In this document: piece after piece, positions 63,956 to 64,000 of the stretch
Layout of the letters: the number at the start of each line of letters is the position of its first letter
Numbering within the stretch: the stretch's first letter is position 1
Origin: Nitrospirota bacterium
GTDB lineage: Bacteria > Nitrospirota > Thermodesulfovibrionia > Thermodesulfovibrionales > UBA9159
Direction: 5' to 3'
Length of the DNA: 64,000 nt
Assembly: GCA_963699545.1 (NCBI GenBank)
Contig: CAVOUE010000006.1
Coordinates: forward strand, 96,001-160,000
Notes under the pieces: generated by a model
What the model saw: only the letters and a program-made list of their open reading frames with translations
Told to the model about the DNA's origin: nothing
Database searches by the model: none
Position numbers and translations under genes: made by a program

Positions 63956-64000
63956 ATGAGAACGACCCTGACCATAGATGAAGAACTGCTTGACGAGGCA
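63956..64000 (+). CDS. Type II TA antitoxin, VapB-like; 3'-partial
   Basis: AGGAGG RBS then MRTTLTIDEELLDEA, an RHH-type N-terminus; ATGCAT palindromes overlap a TTGACA promoter upstream. Confidence 0.7.
   Translation, partial: MRTTLTIDEELLDEA

Overview
64-kb bacterial chromosome window, GC-rich by eye. Gene content and style suggest Nitrospirota/Thermodesulfovibrionia or a Desulfobacterota-like anaerobe; that placement is inference only. Many conserved genes carry single-base indels, most likely uncorrected long-read errors. Left to right: (1) two adjacent split glutamate synthase modules; (2) a five-tRNA cluster followed by an att-arm-like scar and a mixed accessory region (AsmA-like, TfoX-like, AI-2E, an unannotated MshEN-like remnant, VKOR-DsbA); (3) galE; (4) a ~28-kb minus-strand Wzx/Wzy-type polysaccharide operon headed by an EPS-associated MarR regulator; (5) an operon encoding a GH-like/DUF192 fusion, a CpsB phosphatase and an RfaH-like NusG paralog; (6) an M1-ChaN-PDZ protein; (7) gnnAB-like-lpxB-msbA-waaA, recN, hup, tRNA-Thr and the start of a VapB antitoxin. 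The most notable unannotated signals are four. An identical 19-bp palindromic operator sits at the start sites of both the antiterminator operon and the polysaccharide operon. An ops-like GGCGGTAG element lies in the polysaccharide leader. A dispersed family of 7-bp-periodic mini-elements is inserted between genes and in-frame inside conserved enzymes. A truncated GIY-YIG nuclease bracketed by inverted GTCATTCCCGCG-type palindromes lies inside the polysaccharide cluster.
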